DNA from: Takakia lepidozioides
Taxonomy: Eukaryota > Plantae > Bryophyta
Assembly (NCBI GenBank): GCA_030704615.1
Contig: CM060733.1
Location: forward strand, 67,642,001 to 67,706,000
DNA length: 64,000 bases
Reading direction: 5' to 3'
Both the position numbers and the translations under genes were made by a program. Below, one piece after another: positions 1 to 10,941 of the stretch. The notes under the pieces are model-generated. The model was given only the letters and a program-made list of their open reading frames with translations. It was not told the origin of the DNA and searched no databases. Position 1 is the first letter of the stretch. Each line of letters starts with the position of its first letter.

Positions 1-1126
1 CTTCAGTAGCGATGCTGGAGATTGTTGATTTGGCACTATATCAACCTGACACTAAGAAAGAGTGAAACAATAACTTAGTGAAGTAAGATTAGAGAAAACT
101 GAAGACAAAGATGAAAAGAAACCTCGCGCGATCGCCCGCAGTTAAGGTGATAATGATTTAGAAATTGTAAATAAAATTCCGACTCTCGGATTATGTAATA
201 GAATGTAGAATGTAGGTCTGTATTGGTCGATATAAATATTTGTACCAAATAAAATGATCTACGAAAGTTTCGACCCGAATGTACAACATTGTCTACGACT
301 CCATAACAGAACTAAAACTAAATCCACGGGCGATCGCGCGTGGTTCAGATGGATGAAATGCAGGACAGATGAATAATGGTAAACGAGTTTTGGATGAAAA
401 CAAAGAAAATGGATAAATAAATGAAAACATGGATGAATGAAACAGCTGTAGTGCGAGTGATCATTCGAAGTACATAAAACGGTCGGGGCTGTAGGTAAGA
501 TTTTTGGGGACAGTGGATGGGAACAGAGGAGCAGAGAGACAAAAGAGAAACCCAGATAAAGTGGAGAGGCTCTCAATATTGATAGGAGAACAAAGGGAAG
601 AATGAACGTAAGACAGACAGCCATGAAGATCAGCTAGCCAAAGCAACTGTGAGGTAAAAAGTGGCATGCGTGCACACGGCAGGCTCTTATACGGATTGTC
701 AAACAGTCTCTGGTCGACGTGTTCACATTACAGATGAGCGTTTGGAGTGTCATGGATCGACGCATGTCGCCCTTGATATGCTCTTTCGTGTAATCTAGCG
801 GCTAATATGTCCTCCAGAGCATAAATTCAGGTAGGAGACTGAAATCCTCCGAACATTATGGGGTACATAAGTTATTGCGGCCACTAGGAATAACGAACTG
901 ATTCGAGATCTGGAAGCTGACAGGTCTGTATTTTCCATGAGTGATGAGCAGACGAGCCACGAGCCATGAGCAGAGTTTTTGAACCTACACCGAAGCAAAC
1001 CCGAAGCCAGATTCCAGGTTCGGAATAGGCTCGGGATATGAGCAAAGCTGAAGGACCAAAGTTATATTCCTAAATAGAAGGTGTACCACCTATACCCGTG
1101 CGGGCCAAACGGAAAATGTACAGCCG

Positions 1127-1259
1127 GAAGTCTGTGCCGACTTCTCATATAATATAATATAATATAATATTTAAAAGTCTGTGCCAACTTCTCAAAATAT
1201 AATATAATATAATTAAAAAACTGAAAATTAGGAAGCCGGAAGCATGTGCCGACTTCTCA

Positions 1260-1292
<33 letters not shown>

Positions 1293-1330
1293 CCGGAAAA
1301 TAGGCAGCCGGAAGTCTGTGCCAACTTCTC
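1127..1330. repeat. Four copies of an ~18-20 bp imperfect palindrome (GAAGTC-TGTGCC-GACTTC) separated by (AATAT)n/(AAT)n microsatellite spacers
   Basis: Copies at ~1127, 1175, 1239 and 1311; GAAGTC and GACTTC are complementary arms. Confidence 0.75.
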
Positions 1331-3619
1331 AAAAAAAATGTACCAACGCCCAAATAAGGGGAATTCCTGAACCTAGCTTTGCATCCGAACCTAACTTGAT
1401 TGTTCTATAATGAGGGAAAATCGTGCACTTGTAACACTGAAAAACAGGTTTGGATTGTCGGAAACCTGGGAATATTCGTAGAAATATGCGAAAAATATTC
1501 TTTTTTGGGGTTCTGCTCATGTTTTTTTGTGCGCACTGCTCATAGAAAAACAACCCCCGAAGCGGACATCCAGCACACCTGAGAAGCAGCAAATCCAATG
1601 ATGAATTAATGATGCAAGAGAAGGAATAGTCGGCGGCAAAAGTGGCCGCCTCTTAATGCTACTGTGAGCCGGCGGCCATCTATGGCTGCGTGACAATAAG
1701 TAGCCGCAATGAACGTGGGGCTGTAGATGAGCTGTAGGTAGAGAAAACGGCATACCGATCAATTACCAGATGCATCTCCCGACACGTCATTATTGAACCT
1801 ATGAATATTTATTCAACATTGGATAGCCTGTGCGGATGAAACAGACGTTTACTGGATGAGATGACTGCCCTAGTGGATGATTCATGTCCCCTCATGGATG
1901 AGCGCCGTCACGGGAACCCGCAATCATTCCAGGGAGGTCACTTTATATCGTGCCGTAACGCTCTGGACGAACTAGTGGAGTCATTTCATTACTGATAGTC
2001 ATGTCGCATCATTGATTGTACCTGCATAAATTTAGGGGTCCTCAGCGAAACGGTGAGACAAACATCCCACCTTTCATCCATCCATGCATCGAGGACAAAC
2101 CGTCGGATGCGACGGACCGCCGACGGTTGAGATCACTTATGGCATATAAGGAGGAGTGACCGAAAGGAGACTCCTTTTGCATTCATTTGAGACACGCTCA
2201 ATTTTGGACTCAGGGAAGTGCGAGAGAGAGCGAGAGAGCGAGGGAGGCAGAGAGGTGGAGAGCGAGGAAGCGAGAAACTGAGAGATCGAGGGAGTGTGAG
2301 TGCGAGTGAGTGTGAGTGGGTGCAAGCGATTCAGCGGGTGTGGGGGAGTGTGACAAAGTGAAAGCAGGCCGACATAGCAAGAGAGTACACTATCCCGGAA
2401 AATTACTCTAAATCTAATTATCCGAGAATTATCCATTTGTTGGTTATTGAAGATAATCAGGAATCTAAACAATAGAGTAATATATTAAAATAAAATAATA
2501 GTATTATTTATTTATTTTAAATCTAAATACTAGTATTAAGTTATCATATTATAAATTAAGTGATCGTTGATTAAATACAACATACATTAATTTTTTTTAA
2601 TGTTATTTAAGAATACCAACCAACCTGTAGATCGGGTAAATTAAAGAGGTTGAAAGGTGGTTAGAACATGTATAGATATCAGTTTGGTGGTTTTTTCTCT
2701 CTCAGGTTTCTTTTTTGCAAATTAGAACATTAGCATTGCTCTTTTCGCCTGTTTATTAACTAATAGTTGTGTATGGATACATCAGCCAATAATCTATAGT
2801 ACATGATTGTTGTGTGCTTTGTCCCAACTCATGCCTAAAACAATCACAAAAGGAACAAAGCTAGTCAATGATCAATTTTTAAAATACTAATTAATGTTGT
2901 TGCTCAAAACAATCTCATCTTCTATATACTTGTTATTTTATGAACATTTCTTTGCATTGTTTGTGAGTTCCTCAAATTCTACATTGAGCAAGATATTGAA
3001 CTTCTAGCTATAATTGATAATTTGTTTAGCTCGCAAGATCCACGTCAAAAAGAATATTAAAACAGTTGATAAATGTTTTTGGCTATTATCTATTGTGATT
3101 ATTAGATTATTGACCATCGACATGAATCTTTCACATGCATTATTCAGGTGTGTATAAATCCATTCAAATACAATCTTATACAATCTTTATCTTTAAATTA
3201 TATGTCATTATGTACATATAATATGTTAGTACTTATACTTTATATAATTTAAAAAAGTTAATAAAATGATTTTTTAACTCACTTTGCTATAGATTAAAAT
3301 AAATATTGTTAGTGTAGAACATTGTAAATCCATAAGGTCAAAATTTCATATGGTTTAAGAAGCTGTTAATTATACGTTAGTGAGTTGTTCACGACTATTG
3401 TGTGCTATATATAGGTCTATGTTATTTAGTGTGAACATCATCTCAGTATATCTCTCAAAACTTGCAAGAATATGTGTTGATTGTAGAATGACTATTTCAC
3501 ACAACAAAATGGCACCAACAAGCTTATCCTTATATATTGTTGCAATGAAAAAAGGGTAAAAATTAGGAAAACACAACGTATTGAAGGAGGGGTGAGGGAT
3601 TTATATAAAGTGTGTAGAG

Positions 3620-5611
3620 ATGGCGGTACGACCATTACCACTTCAAGCATGCATTGGATATGGAGGAACCATAGGCAATGGTTTGATATTACATCCTGAC
3701 AAAAAGACAATTATTTATCCATTGGGCACGACTATTGTTCTACGTGATAGGAAAGATATGACAAAACAAGAATTTTTGCAAGGACACAACAATCGTGTGT
3801 CTTGTGTAACATTATCAAAGAGTGGAAAATACTTGGCTAGTGGACAAGTATCACCTATGGGATTTTCTGCTCCCATAATTGTATGGGATTATGCTGGTCG
3901 TAAGCTTATGCACAAATTAATACTTCACAAAGTGAAAATTCAAGGACTTTGTTTTTCTTTTGATGACGAGTTGCTTGCATCATGTGGAGGCCAAGACGAT
4001 TGTAAGTTAGTAATTTGGAGAACAAGAACCGGTGAAGCTGTGTGTGGAAGTCCTACACCACTGGATTGTGCCATAGCATTGAAATTCGCCAATAGAACTC
4101 GTACCAAACTTGTGACGACTGGAGTATTAAAGATCAATGTATGGACTGTGGATGATGTAAATCGTAAGCTTATACCCGAAGATTGTGATGTGGGACGCAA
4201 AAAACGTACAAATCAATGTTTGATGATTGACGATGCCGATGAATTTATGTTTGTTGGAACTCTCACTGGTGATATCATGCAGGTTAGCCTAGGCCCAATG
4301 TTGTATAGGGCTGGAGGACCCAAAAAATTGATAGGGAAGGGTTGTTTGTGCATCATGCCCACGCCGTTCAATGATTTTCTTGTGGGAGGTGGTGATGGCT
4401 CTGTTAATCTAGTAAGGTTAGGACATGAATGTTTGAAGTTGGTTAATAGTATAAATTTATTTGGGAGTGTAACTGCGGTCGCCGTCGCCGAATCAGGTTT
4501 GAAAGGCTCATTTGATTTCTATATTGGTACGTCATCTGGCCATTTATATTCCATTAAGTACGACGGAGGAAAGAATGTGATGACGCCAACACTTTTGCAA
4601 AAGTGCCATTTTAATAAAATCAATGACGTTGCTTTTCCTAACAATTATAGTGACGCTTTTGCAACAGCTTCAAGTAATGACATCCGTGTTTGGAATCTTA
4701 AAGAAATGAAGGAACTAGTTCGCATACAAATTCCAAATACCTTGTGTGAAGAAAAAGATTCTATCAACCAAGAATGTTTTTGCTTGCAATTTATGCCCGA
4801 TGGAAGGTCTTTGATTAGTGGATGGAGTGATGGGAGAATCCGAGCTTATGGTCCACAAACTGGAAAATATTTGTATACTATTATTAATGCACACTCATTT
4901 GCTGGTGCACGTAAGGGTGCAGTTGATACAAAAGCTTTTCAAGGAGTAACATCTATTGCGTCAACTTGGGATAGCATGCGCATTGTTAGTGGCGGTATTG
5001 AGGGCAATGTTCGAGTATGGAGAATAGGTAACCAAAGTCACAACATGCTGGCATCAATGAAAGCTCATGTTGCTGCTGTTACGGCTATTGCAATTCGCAA
5101 GAATGATAGTGAGTGTGTGACCTGCAGCAATGATGGCTCGTGCATGATTTGGGACCTCACGAGGTACGTGAGAAACAACAGTATGAGTGCCTCAAATTTC
5201 TTCAAGGGGATAAGTTATCATCCCGATGAAAGCCAAATACTTTCTACTGGCACCGATCGGAAGATTACATTTTGGGATGCATATGATTGTCAAGCAATTC
5301 GGCTAATAGATGGATCTTTGTCATCAGAAATGTATTGTCTTGATATTAGCCCGGATGGTGCAGGATTTGCAAGCGGTGGTGTTGATAGAGAGGTCAAATT
5401 ATGGAACTATGATGAAGGTCATTGTTATTTTGTAGGGCTAGGCCATAGTGGTGCAATTGCCAAGGTCAAAATCAGCCCAAATCAGCATAAGGTTGTGTCT
5501 GTGGGAGAAGAAGGAGCTATCCTTATTTGGGACTACCGCAAACCAATCTCTAATTCACCTCCGGAAGCTAGCAAGGACGTGAAAGTTGTGGCCCCTGAAT
5601 CACCAAAATGA
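3620..5611 (+). CDS. CFAP52: Cilia- and flagella-associated protein 52 (WDR16/FAP52), WD40 microtubule inner-junction protein; single exon
   Basis: Uninterrupted 663-aa ORF. Recognisable N-terminus (IGYGG..GLILHPD..IIYPLG..QEFLQGH..LASGQ..LHKVKIQ..LASCGGQDD), many WD repeats, C-terminal YHPDESQILSTGTDRKITFWD and VKLWNYDEG..GHSG..ISP. Confidence 0.95.
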   Translation: MAVRPLPLQACIGYGGTIGNGLILHPDKKTIIYPLGTTIVLRDRKDMTKQEFLQGHNNRVSCVTLSKSGKYLASGQVSPMGFSAPIIVWDYAGRKLMHKLILHKVKIQGLCFSFDDELLASCGGQDDCKLVIWRTRTGEAVCGSPTPLDCAIALKFANRTRTKLVTTGVLKINVWTVDDVNRKLIPEDCDVGRKKRTNQCLMIDDADEFMFVGTLTGDIMQVSLGPMLYRAGGPKKLIGKGCLCIMPTPFNDFLVGGGDGSVNLVRLGHECLKLVNSINLFGSVTAVAVAESGLKGSFDFYIGTSSGHLYSIKYDGGKNVMTPTLLQKCHFNKINDVAFPNNYSDAFATASSNDIRVWNLKEMKELVRIQIPNTLCEEKDSINQECFCLQFMPDGRSLISGWSDGRIRAYGPQTGKYLYTIINAHSFAGARKGAVDTKAFQGVTSIASTWDSMRIVSGGIEGNVRVWRIGNQSHNMLASMKAHVAAVTAIAIRKNDSECVTCSNDGSCMIWDLTRYVRNNSMSASNFFKGISYHPDESQILSTGTDRKITFWDAYDCQAIRLIDGSLSSEMYCLDISPDGAGFASGGVDREVKLWNYDEGHCYFVGLGHSGAIAKVKISPNQHKVVSVGEEGAILIWDYRKPISNSPPEASKDVKVVAPESPK

Positions 5612-6391
5612 GAGAGAATTTGAAATAAGAATAAAAAGACTGCGAATAGACTAGTTATATTTATTAAATAAGTTAACTAATTAAGAGTTCATCTAGTATT
5701 TTGATTGCTTAATGGTGGTGGAGAGAATACTTAGAGAATGGGAGAGGGCGGGCTCTGCGGTTTGCGGAACTATGCCCAACGGTCGCTTCGTCTCTCTCCT
5801 CTCGTTCCCCCTCCATTCCTCATAGTTTGCCCACCCCTTTGGGCTGTCACTCGTCATTTCCAAGTTCTACTCACCCTCACCTCTCCATACATAGGCTTTA
5901 CTGATTCTTCCTATCATTTTTTACTTTTTCAGCTCATTTCATATCCCAGTAGACTCCCCGTTACATTAGCATTCCACGAAGCAGCCTTCTCCACCTTATT
6001 GCTTGGTTTCCTACGTTGCTCAGTTCATCTCTTCTTCATCCGACTTGCACTAATTCCTGCAATCATTCAATAGCATGGTCAGCATCACAAATCTAGTGGC
6101 TGCCTTTATTTATGACCTTTCACTTCAAGCGGCTGTCACTATAGTCGGGTCGGCTCCATGAAGAAGCTTCACAGAAGAAACTAATTATCTAAGGGCCCCA
6201 GGCCAACTCCTGCGCTCCCAGCCTGCCCAGCCTCAAGCTCACTTCCACACTCTACTCCCTGCCTCCCTGCCTGATTGTGATCCGTCTCTCCTGTTGCTAC
6301 TCTAGCCTCAGGAATTTCTAAGTTGTCACCTGTACCAGTCTCCTCACTATGTATCCTCCTAACAACGCGCAATTCAGATCGAGAGGTTAGA

Positions 6392-7087
6392 TGTCGCGGC
6401 CCTTTGCCTTGAGGGCGGGGGGTCAGGACACAAGAGGGGCTGCCCTTGTGGTGGGGGCAATGGCAGCAAATAGGAAAGGGGGCTGAAGCACCCTTCAGCA
6501 CTCAAGGAGGCGGTGGCGCTCACTGGAGCCCCGGGGGGGTGGGGTGGGGGGGTCGATAGTAGCATAGGGAGTCGTAGTGGGGTGGCATAGGACTCACCAT
6601 GAGGCTGAGGCCTTGTGGTGGGAGTCGTGGGGAGTCTTGGGACTCACCACGGTCCATTGGGGGCGTGGTGGGTGGGCCAAGACTCACCGCGGCTCACCAC
6701 TGGGACGATCGAGGGTCTAAGTGTTGGTGCACCATATTTGGACTTGGCTACTTGTGGAACCCCCGCGGACACCTACAGAAGTATATATAGGGAGTAGTAA
6801 CCCCGAGAACGGTGCAAGCCTGTTGGTGACCAAAAAGTAGTGAGTAAGCGTGCGAGCCGGAAAGCGACCAAGGTGTGGGGAGCTGTTCCGGACTGCCATG
6901 TACCAAAGGGAATTTCCACTGAGCCCAACAGATTGAGGGTCAAGTAGGAGTGTGAGGGGGACCGTTATGCCCCGGTGAGCAGCCGAAGCTCTGAGTTGGC
7001 CCGGCGTCCAGTTTGGGAGTTAGGCACGCGCATCAAAGCGAGTAACTATGACTTGAAGGGGAGCTTACCGAAGTGAGGTGCGCGACA
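6392..7087 (+). mobile_element. Solo LTR of the Ty3/gypsy family that starts at 10143
   Basis: TGTCGCG...CGCGACA termini; colinear with 10143-10886; flanked by near-TSD TTAGA/TCAGA; no PBS or internal domain follows. Confidence 0.9.
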
Positions 7088-7199
7088 TCAGAGTTGGACT
7101 CGTGTTAGGGGGCCACACAGAGGGCCCACCCGCTCCCACTATGCACCAAGACCTCACCCAACCTCTGGAACTGGCTACTTCCTCGCTCACCAAGCCCAA

Positions 7200-8123
7200 T
7201 CCATCGGCAGGGAGATGCTGATGCAGATGCAGTCAATGGAGCCCACCGCAACTCCCCTTGCGCCCGCATTCCCAACTACTTAGCGTGGCCCACCACCATC
7301 GCAGCCAATTTGTATCGCACAGGAGCCCCTGCCCATGTCTCCACCTGCAAGACAACAGACAGAGGCAATCGAGCTTTAGAAACTGTTGGAAGATGACTTC
7401 GTGGTGGATGAGCTCATTACCTCGCAGGAAGCTCTTAGCGGTGACCACTAGATGATAGCTATGGACATTGCAGACCTCACCAACAGAGTGTCATGCATGG
7501 AAGAGAGTGGAATCCTTGTCCACTTCCTTTCCCTGGTAAGAAGGTGAGTAGATTATTCTGAGGAACTGGGTAATCAGACACCTGGGAGGTGCAGGAGAAC
7601 TCAAGCACCATTTATGCCATGCTAAAGGTAGGGGTTTCTTCTCCATTGTTTTTGAATCGCAGGAGGCAGCCACACAAGCTCTCCAGATTAACCCACATTT
7701 GCTTGGTTTCAATGTAAACATCTTTCCATGGTCGGCAAAGATGGGCCATAAAAACGGGAAGTTGTGGGGGCCCAGAATAGTATAGCTTCCGTTTATTCCG
7801 GACCAATTGTGTTCAACATCCAGGCTGACATTGCCAATCATTTCGGATCCTATCTGGGGTGCTTGGGAGTGTTTGACCTGCTCTTGTGCATGGAAAGCAT
7901 TAGGAAGTACCCTGCATGGAAACATGTTACCATAGCATCAAAGCTAAATGACAATGGATTCGCAAAAATGGTGCTCATGATGCCAGAGGAAGACACCCTG
8001 CCAGATTTTGTCAGGCTTCCCATAGATGAAGAAGGTAATTACTTCACAATCAGAGTAAGGGGCAGGGAAGCAGACTTGCAGACCTGGGAGTATGGGGATG
8101 ATAAAGTGCGGCCTGCTGTCTAA
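7200..8123 (+). pseudogene. Degenerate L1-type ORF1 (DUF4283-like) fragment
   Basis: Translation with stops and frameshifts includes NWV..HLG..AKGRGFFSIVFES..ALQINPHLLG..IFPWS, resembling the plant L1 ORF1 RRM-like region. Confidence 0.4.
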
Positions 8124-8193
8124 TTCTCCTTCCGATCCGATTTTATGGAGCCGACCACGAAGTAAAGCGACGCCGAATTCCCGGATAAGGGGA

Positions 8194-8371
8194 AGTATGA
8201 CGCCTCTCAAAGGGAGCGTAACTTATGGAGTCACTTCACCCCCAAGGGCTACTGCCTTCCGCTAGGAAGGTGGACACCTTCATGACACACCAGACTGTGG
8301 TTTGAACTTTGAACCCACAACCACATCCAACGTGGTATGTGCCCATTACCACTGGGCTACATGTTGATTGT
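8194..8371 (-). mobile_element. tRNA-derived SINE, copy 1
   Basis: Minus strand has A box TAGCCCAGTGG, B box GGTTCAAA and the structured 3' module; TSD CCGGATAAGGGGA/CCGGGTAAGGGGA. Confidence 0.9.
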
Positions 8372-8890
8372 CCGGGTAAGGGGATATTAAATGCTGTTTT
8401 TTTGTTTGCCACTTGTCCAAATTTCCCCCTACACCCACTCCATTTCAAATCTGGCCAGCATGACCAGTTCCTCTCCTCTCTGGCTGTAAATGCGGCGCCG
8501 CGTTTCCATCCAACATGGATGGAAATCCGGCGCCGAATTTCCATCCACTGGGGTTGAATGAAACCACATCGGGACCAAACAGTGAACTTGGAATGGTGGA
8601 TGGGGTGAGGAGGTATATAGCAATGATTTTTCATATTCCATATTGACAGGGACCTCCCAATCAATTTGGAATGGTAGATGGGGTGAAAAGAACCACCTTG
8701 TTGAAGGTTGAGCAATGATTTTTCAAATTCCATATTGAAACCCCGAAGTTTAAATTCATTGTCATGGTTCCGGATGTCGACATCAGAGAGGCACATCTTT
8801 ACATGCACATCCTACACACTAAATCTCAAATAGTGATGGTATTGCAGAGATCTAAAACATGTTGATGCACAATGTATTCTCTGTAATAGA

Positions 8891-9430
8891 CTAGGTATTC
8901 ACAGTAACCATCTTGTCCTCACGACCTTCTTCCAACAACCTCGTGAAAACATAGTGCACTTGGTGGTGGATCTGATCGAAATGCACCACCACCTCGTCTT
9001 CCTCCAAGTCGTCGCATCCATTATAGAAATGGATCGATACGGCAGCCTCGAAATGGTTCATTTCCTCATCCCTGATCCAAACATCCCCAAATGATGTTGG
9101 GTTTGGATAGCACTCCCGGTTGTACTGCATGTAGATCTGATCAACAAACCACCACTCACAGTTCACTTCCACTCGTGTAACATTGCTGAGCTGAATCTAT
9201 CCGTGTCCTTGGAAAGCGGGAAACCCGTGTCCCCGATCCGCACGTTCCAGAGTCACCAAATACCACTACGCAGCTGGTCTCCCCACCTGTCCAACAGATC
9301 CCGTGTCCACTCGTGGACATGTATGGACACTTGGTGTTCAGGCGGGCCATCGCTAGAGGACCTGGACATAGCAAGACTGCAATATCGCCAAACCGGGCAG
9401 AATAACCTCCGTCCTCTTCAACCCTAGGGC
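8891..9430 (-). pseudogene. Disrupted member of an unrecognised Trp/Cys-rich protein family (homologous to 38621-39110 and 39585-40154)
   Basis: Translation across a frameshift: LWNVRIGDTGFPLSKDTDRFSSAMLHEWK/NCEWW...SFGDVWI, matching the DR..(S/T)AML..W..C.W...GD(V/I).I pattern. Confidence 0.5.
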
Positions 9431-9596
9431 AACCTACTTGACCACACCCCATAGAAACGACAAAGGGATTGAGGAAAGAAGCGGCGGAAGGGGAATTATA
9501 AGGGAGGGTGAAGAAAAGCCGGACACTAGGAATGAACTATATAGAGTCCAGGGGGAGGATGATAGCCAATCACGAGAGATCGCCAAACGAGCCCCT

Positions 9597-10142
9597 GGAT
9601 GGAAATTCGGTGCCGAATTTCCATCCATTGGGAGTTGGATGAAACCTTCTCGGGGGGAGAGGAGCACAGCTGGCACCCCACTTATACCCCCGGATGGAAA
9701 TTTGGCGCCGAATTTCCATCCACGGGAAGTTGGATGAAGTCGTCTCAGGGGGAGGGAGCGCCAGGTAGCACACCAAGTTCATCCCATGATAGAAATACAA
9801 CACCGAATTTCCATCCACGGGAAGTTGGATGAAGTCCTTTCGGGAAGAGAGACAGTCAGCTGGAACCCATGTTCATCCTGCCGGATGGAAATATGGTGCC
9901 GAATTTCCATCCGGTGGTAGCTGGACGAAGTCGTTTCGGGAGGAGAGCCGGCCAGCTGGAACCCTAGTTCATCCTGCTAGATGGAAATACGGCGCCGAAT
10001 TTCCATCCGGGGGTAGTTGGTTCCGACGGTATCGGGGAAGACATGGCCACCTGGCACCCAACTTCATCCCCCCGGATGGAAATACGACGCCGAATTTCCA
10101 TCCACAGGAAGTTGGATGAAGTCGTCCCGGGGGCAGGAAGCG
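9597..10142. repeat. Tandem array of ~95-bp units (6 units), each with the 30-bp palindrome GGATGGAAATnCGGCGCCGnATTTCCATCC
   Basis: Palindromes at ~9597, 9692, 9788, 9883, 9979 and 10074; two more at 8484-8546; array cut by the LTR at 10143. Confidence 0.9.
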
Positions 10143-10886
10143 TGTCGCAGCCCTTTACCTTGAGGGCGGGGGGTCGCGACAGAAGAGGGGCTGCCCTTGT
10201 GGTGGAGGCAGCGGCAGTGAATAGAAAAGGGGGCTGAAGCACCCTTGAGTGCCGAAGGCACTCAAGGAGCCAGAGGCGCTTACTAGGTGGAGCCCTGCAA
10301 ACCGGGTTGCGGTGGGGGGGGGGGGGGGGGGGGGCTCCACGAGGGGTGGTGGTAGCTTAGGGAGTCGTAGTGGGGGTGGCATAGGACTCACCATGAGGCA
10401 AAGGCCTTGTGGTGGGAGTCATGGGGAGTCTTGGGACTCACCACGGTCCATTGGGGCCGTGGTGAGTGGGCCAAGACTCACCGCGACTCATCACAGGGAG
10501 TCAAGGGTCGAGGTGGTGGTGCACCAGATTTGGACTTGGCTGTTTGTGGAACCCCCGCGGACACCTATAGAAGTATATATAGGGAGTAGTAACCCCGAGA
10601 ACGGTGCAAGTCCGTTGGTGGCCAAAAGCTAGTGAGTAAGCGTGCGAGCCGGAAACTAACCAAGCTGGTATGGGGAGCTGTTCCGGACTGCCAACAACCA
10701 AAGGGAATTTCCACTAGGCCCAAAGTGTGCGTAGGGTCTCGTGGAGGAGCAAGGGGGGAACTGTTATGCCCCGGTGAGCAGCTGAAGCTCCGAGTTGGCC
10801 TGGCGGCCAGTTTTGGAATTAGGCGCGCGCACCAAAGCGAGTAACTATGACTTAAAGGAGGAGTTACCAAAATGAGGTACGCGACA
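10143..10886 (+). mobile_element. 5' LTR of a Ty3/gypsy (chromovirus-like) retrotransposon
   Basis: TG...CA ends, homologous to the solo LTR, immediately followed by a PBS. Confidence 0.9.
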
Positions 10887-10888
10887 CT

Positions 10889-10900
10889 TGGTATCAGAGC
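10889..10900 (+). promoter_or_regulatory. Primer-binding site complementary to initiator tRNA-Met
   Basis: TGGTATCAGAGC 2 bp after the LTR end. Confidence 0.9.
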
Positions 10901-10941
10901 CTAGAGTTTAGTACGCGATCGTCCTCGAGATTGGCCTCACC

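Noticed and set aside
1-2500. Protein-coding genes or a definable LTR in the first 2.5 kb
   Set aside because: ORFs are short and unrecognisable; the region looks repeat-derived but no termini, PBS or TSD could be fixed
9597-10142. CRISPR-like 30-bp repeats with ~65-bp spacers (also 23205-23940)
   Set aside because: The spacers are homologous to each other, so this is a diverged tandem repeat
6392-10886. One intact LTR element bounded by the two similar LTRs
   Set aside because: The first LTR has its own near-TSD and no PBS; the PBS and gag follow the second LTR
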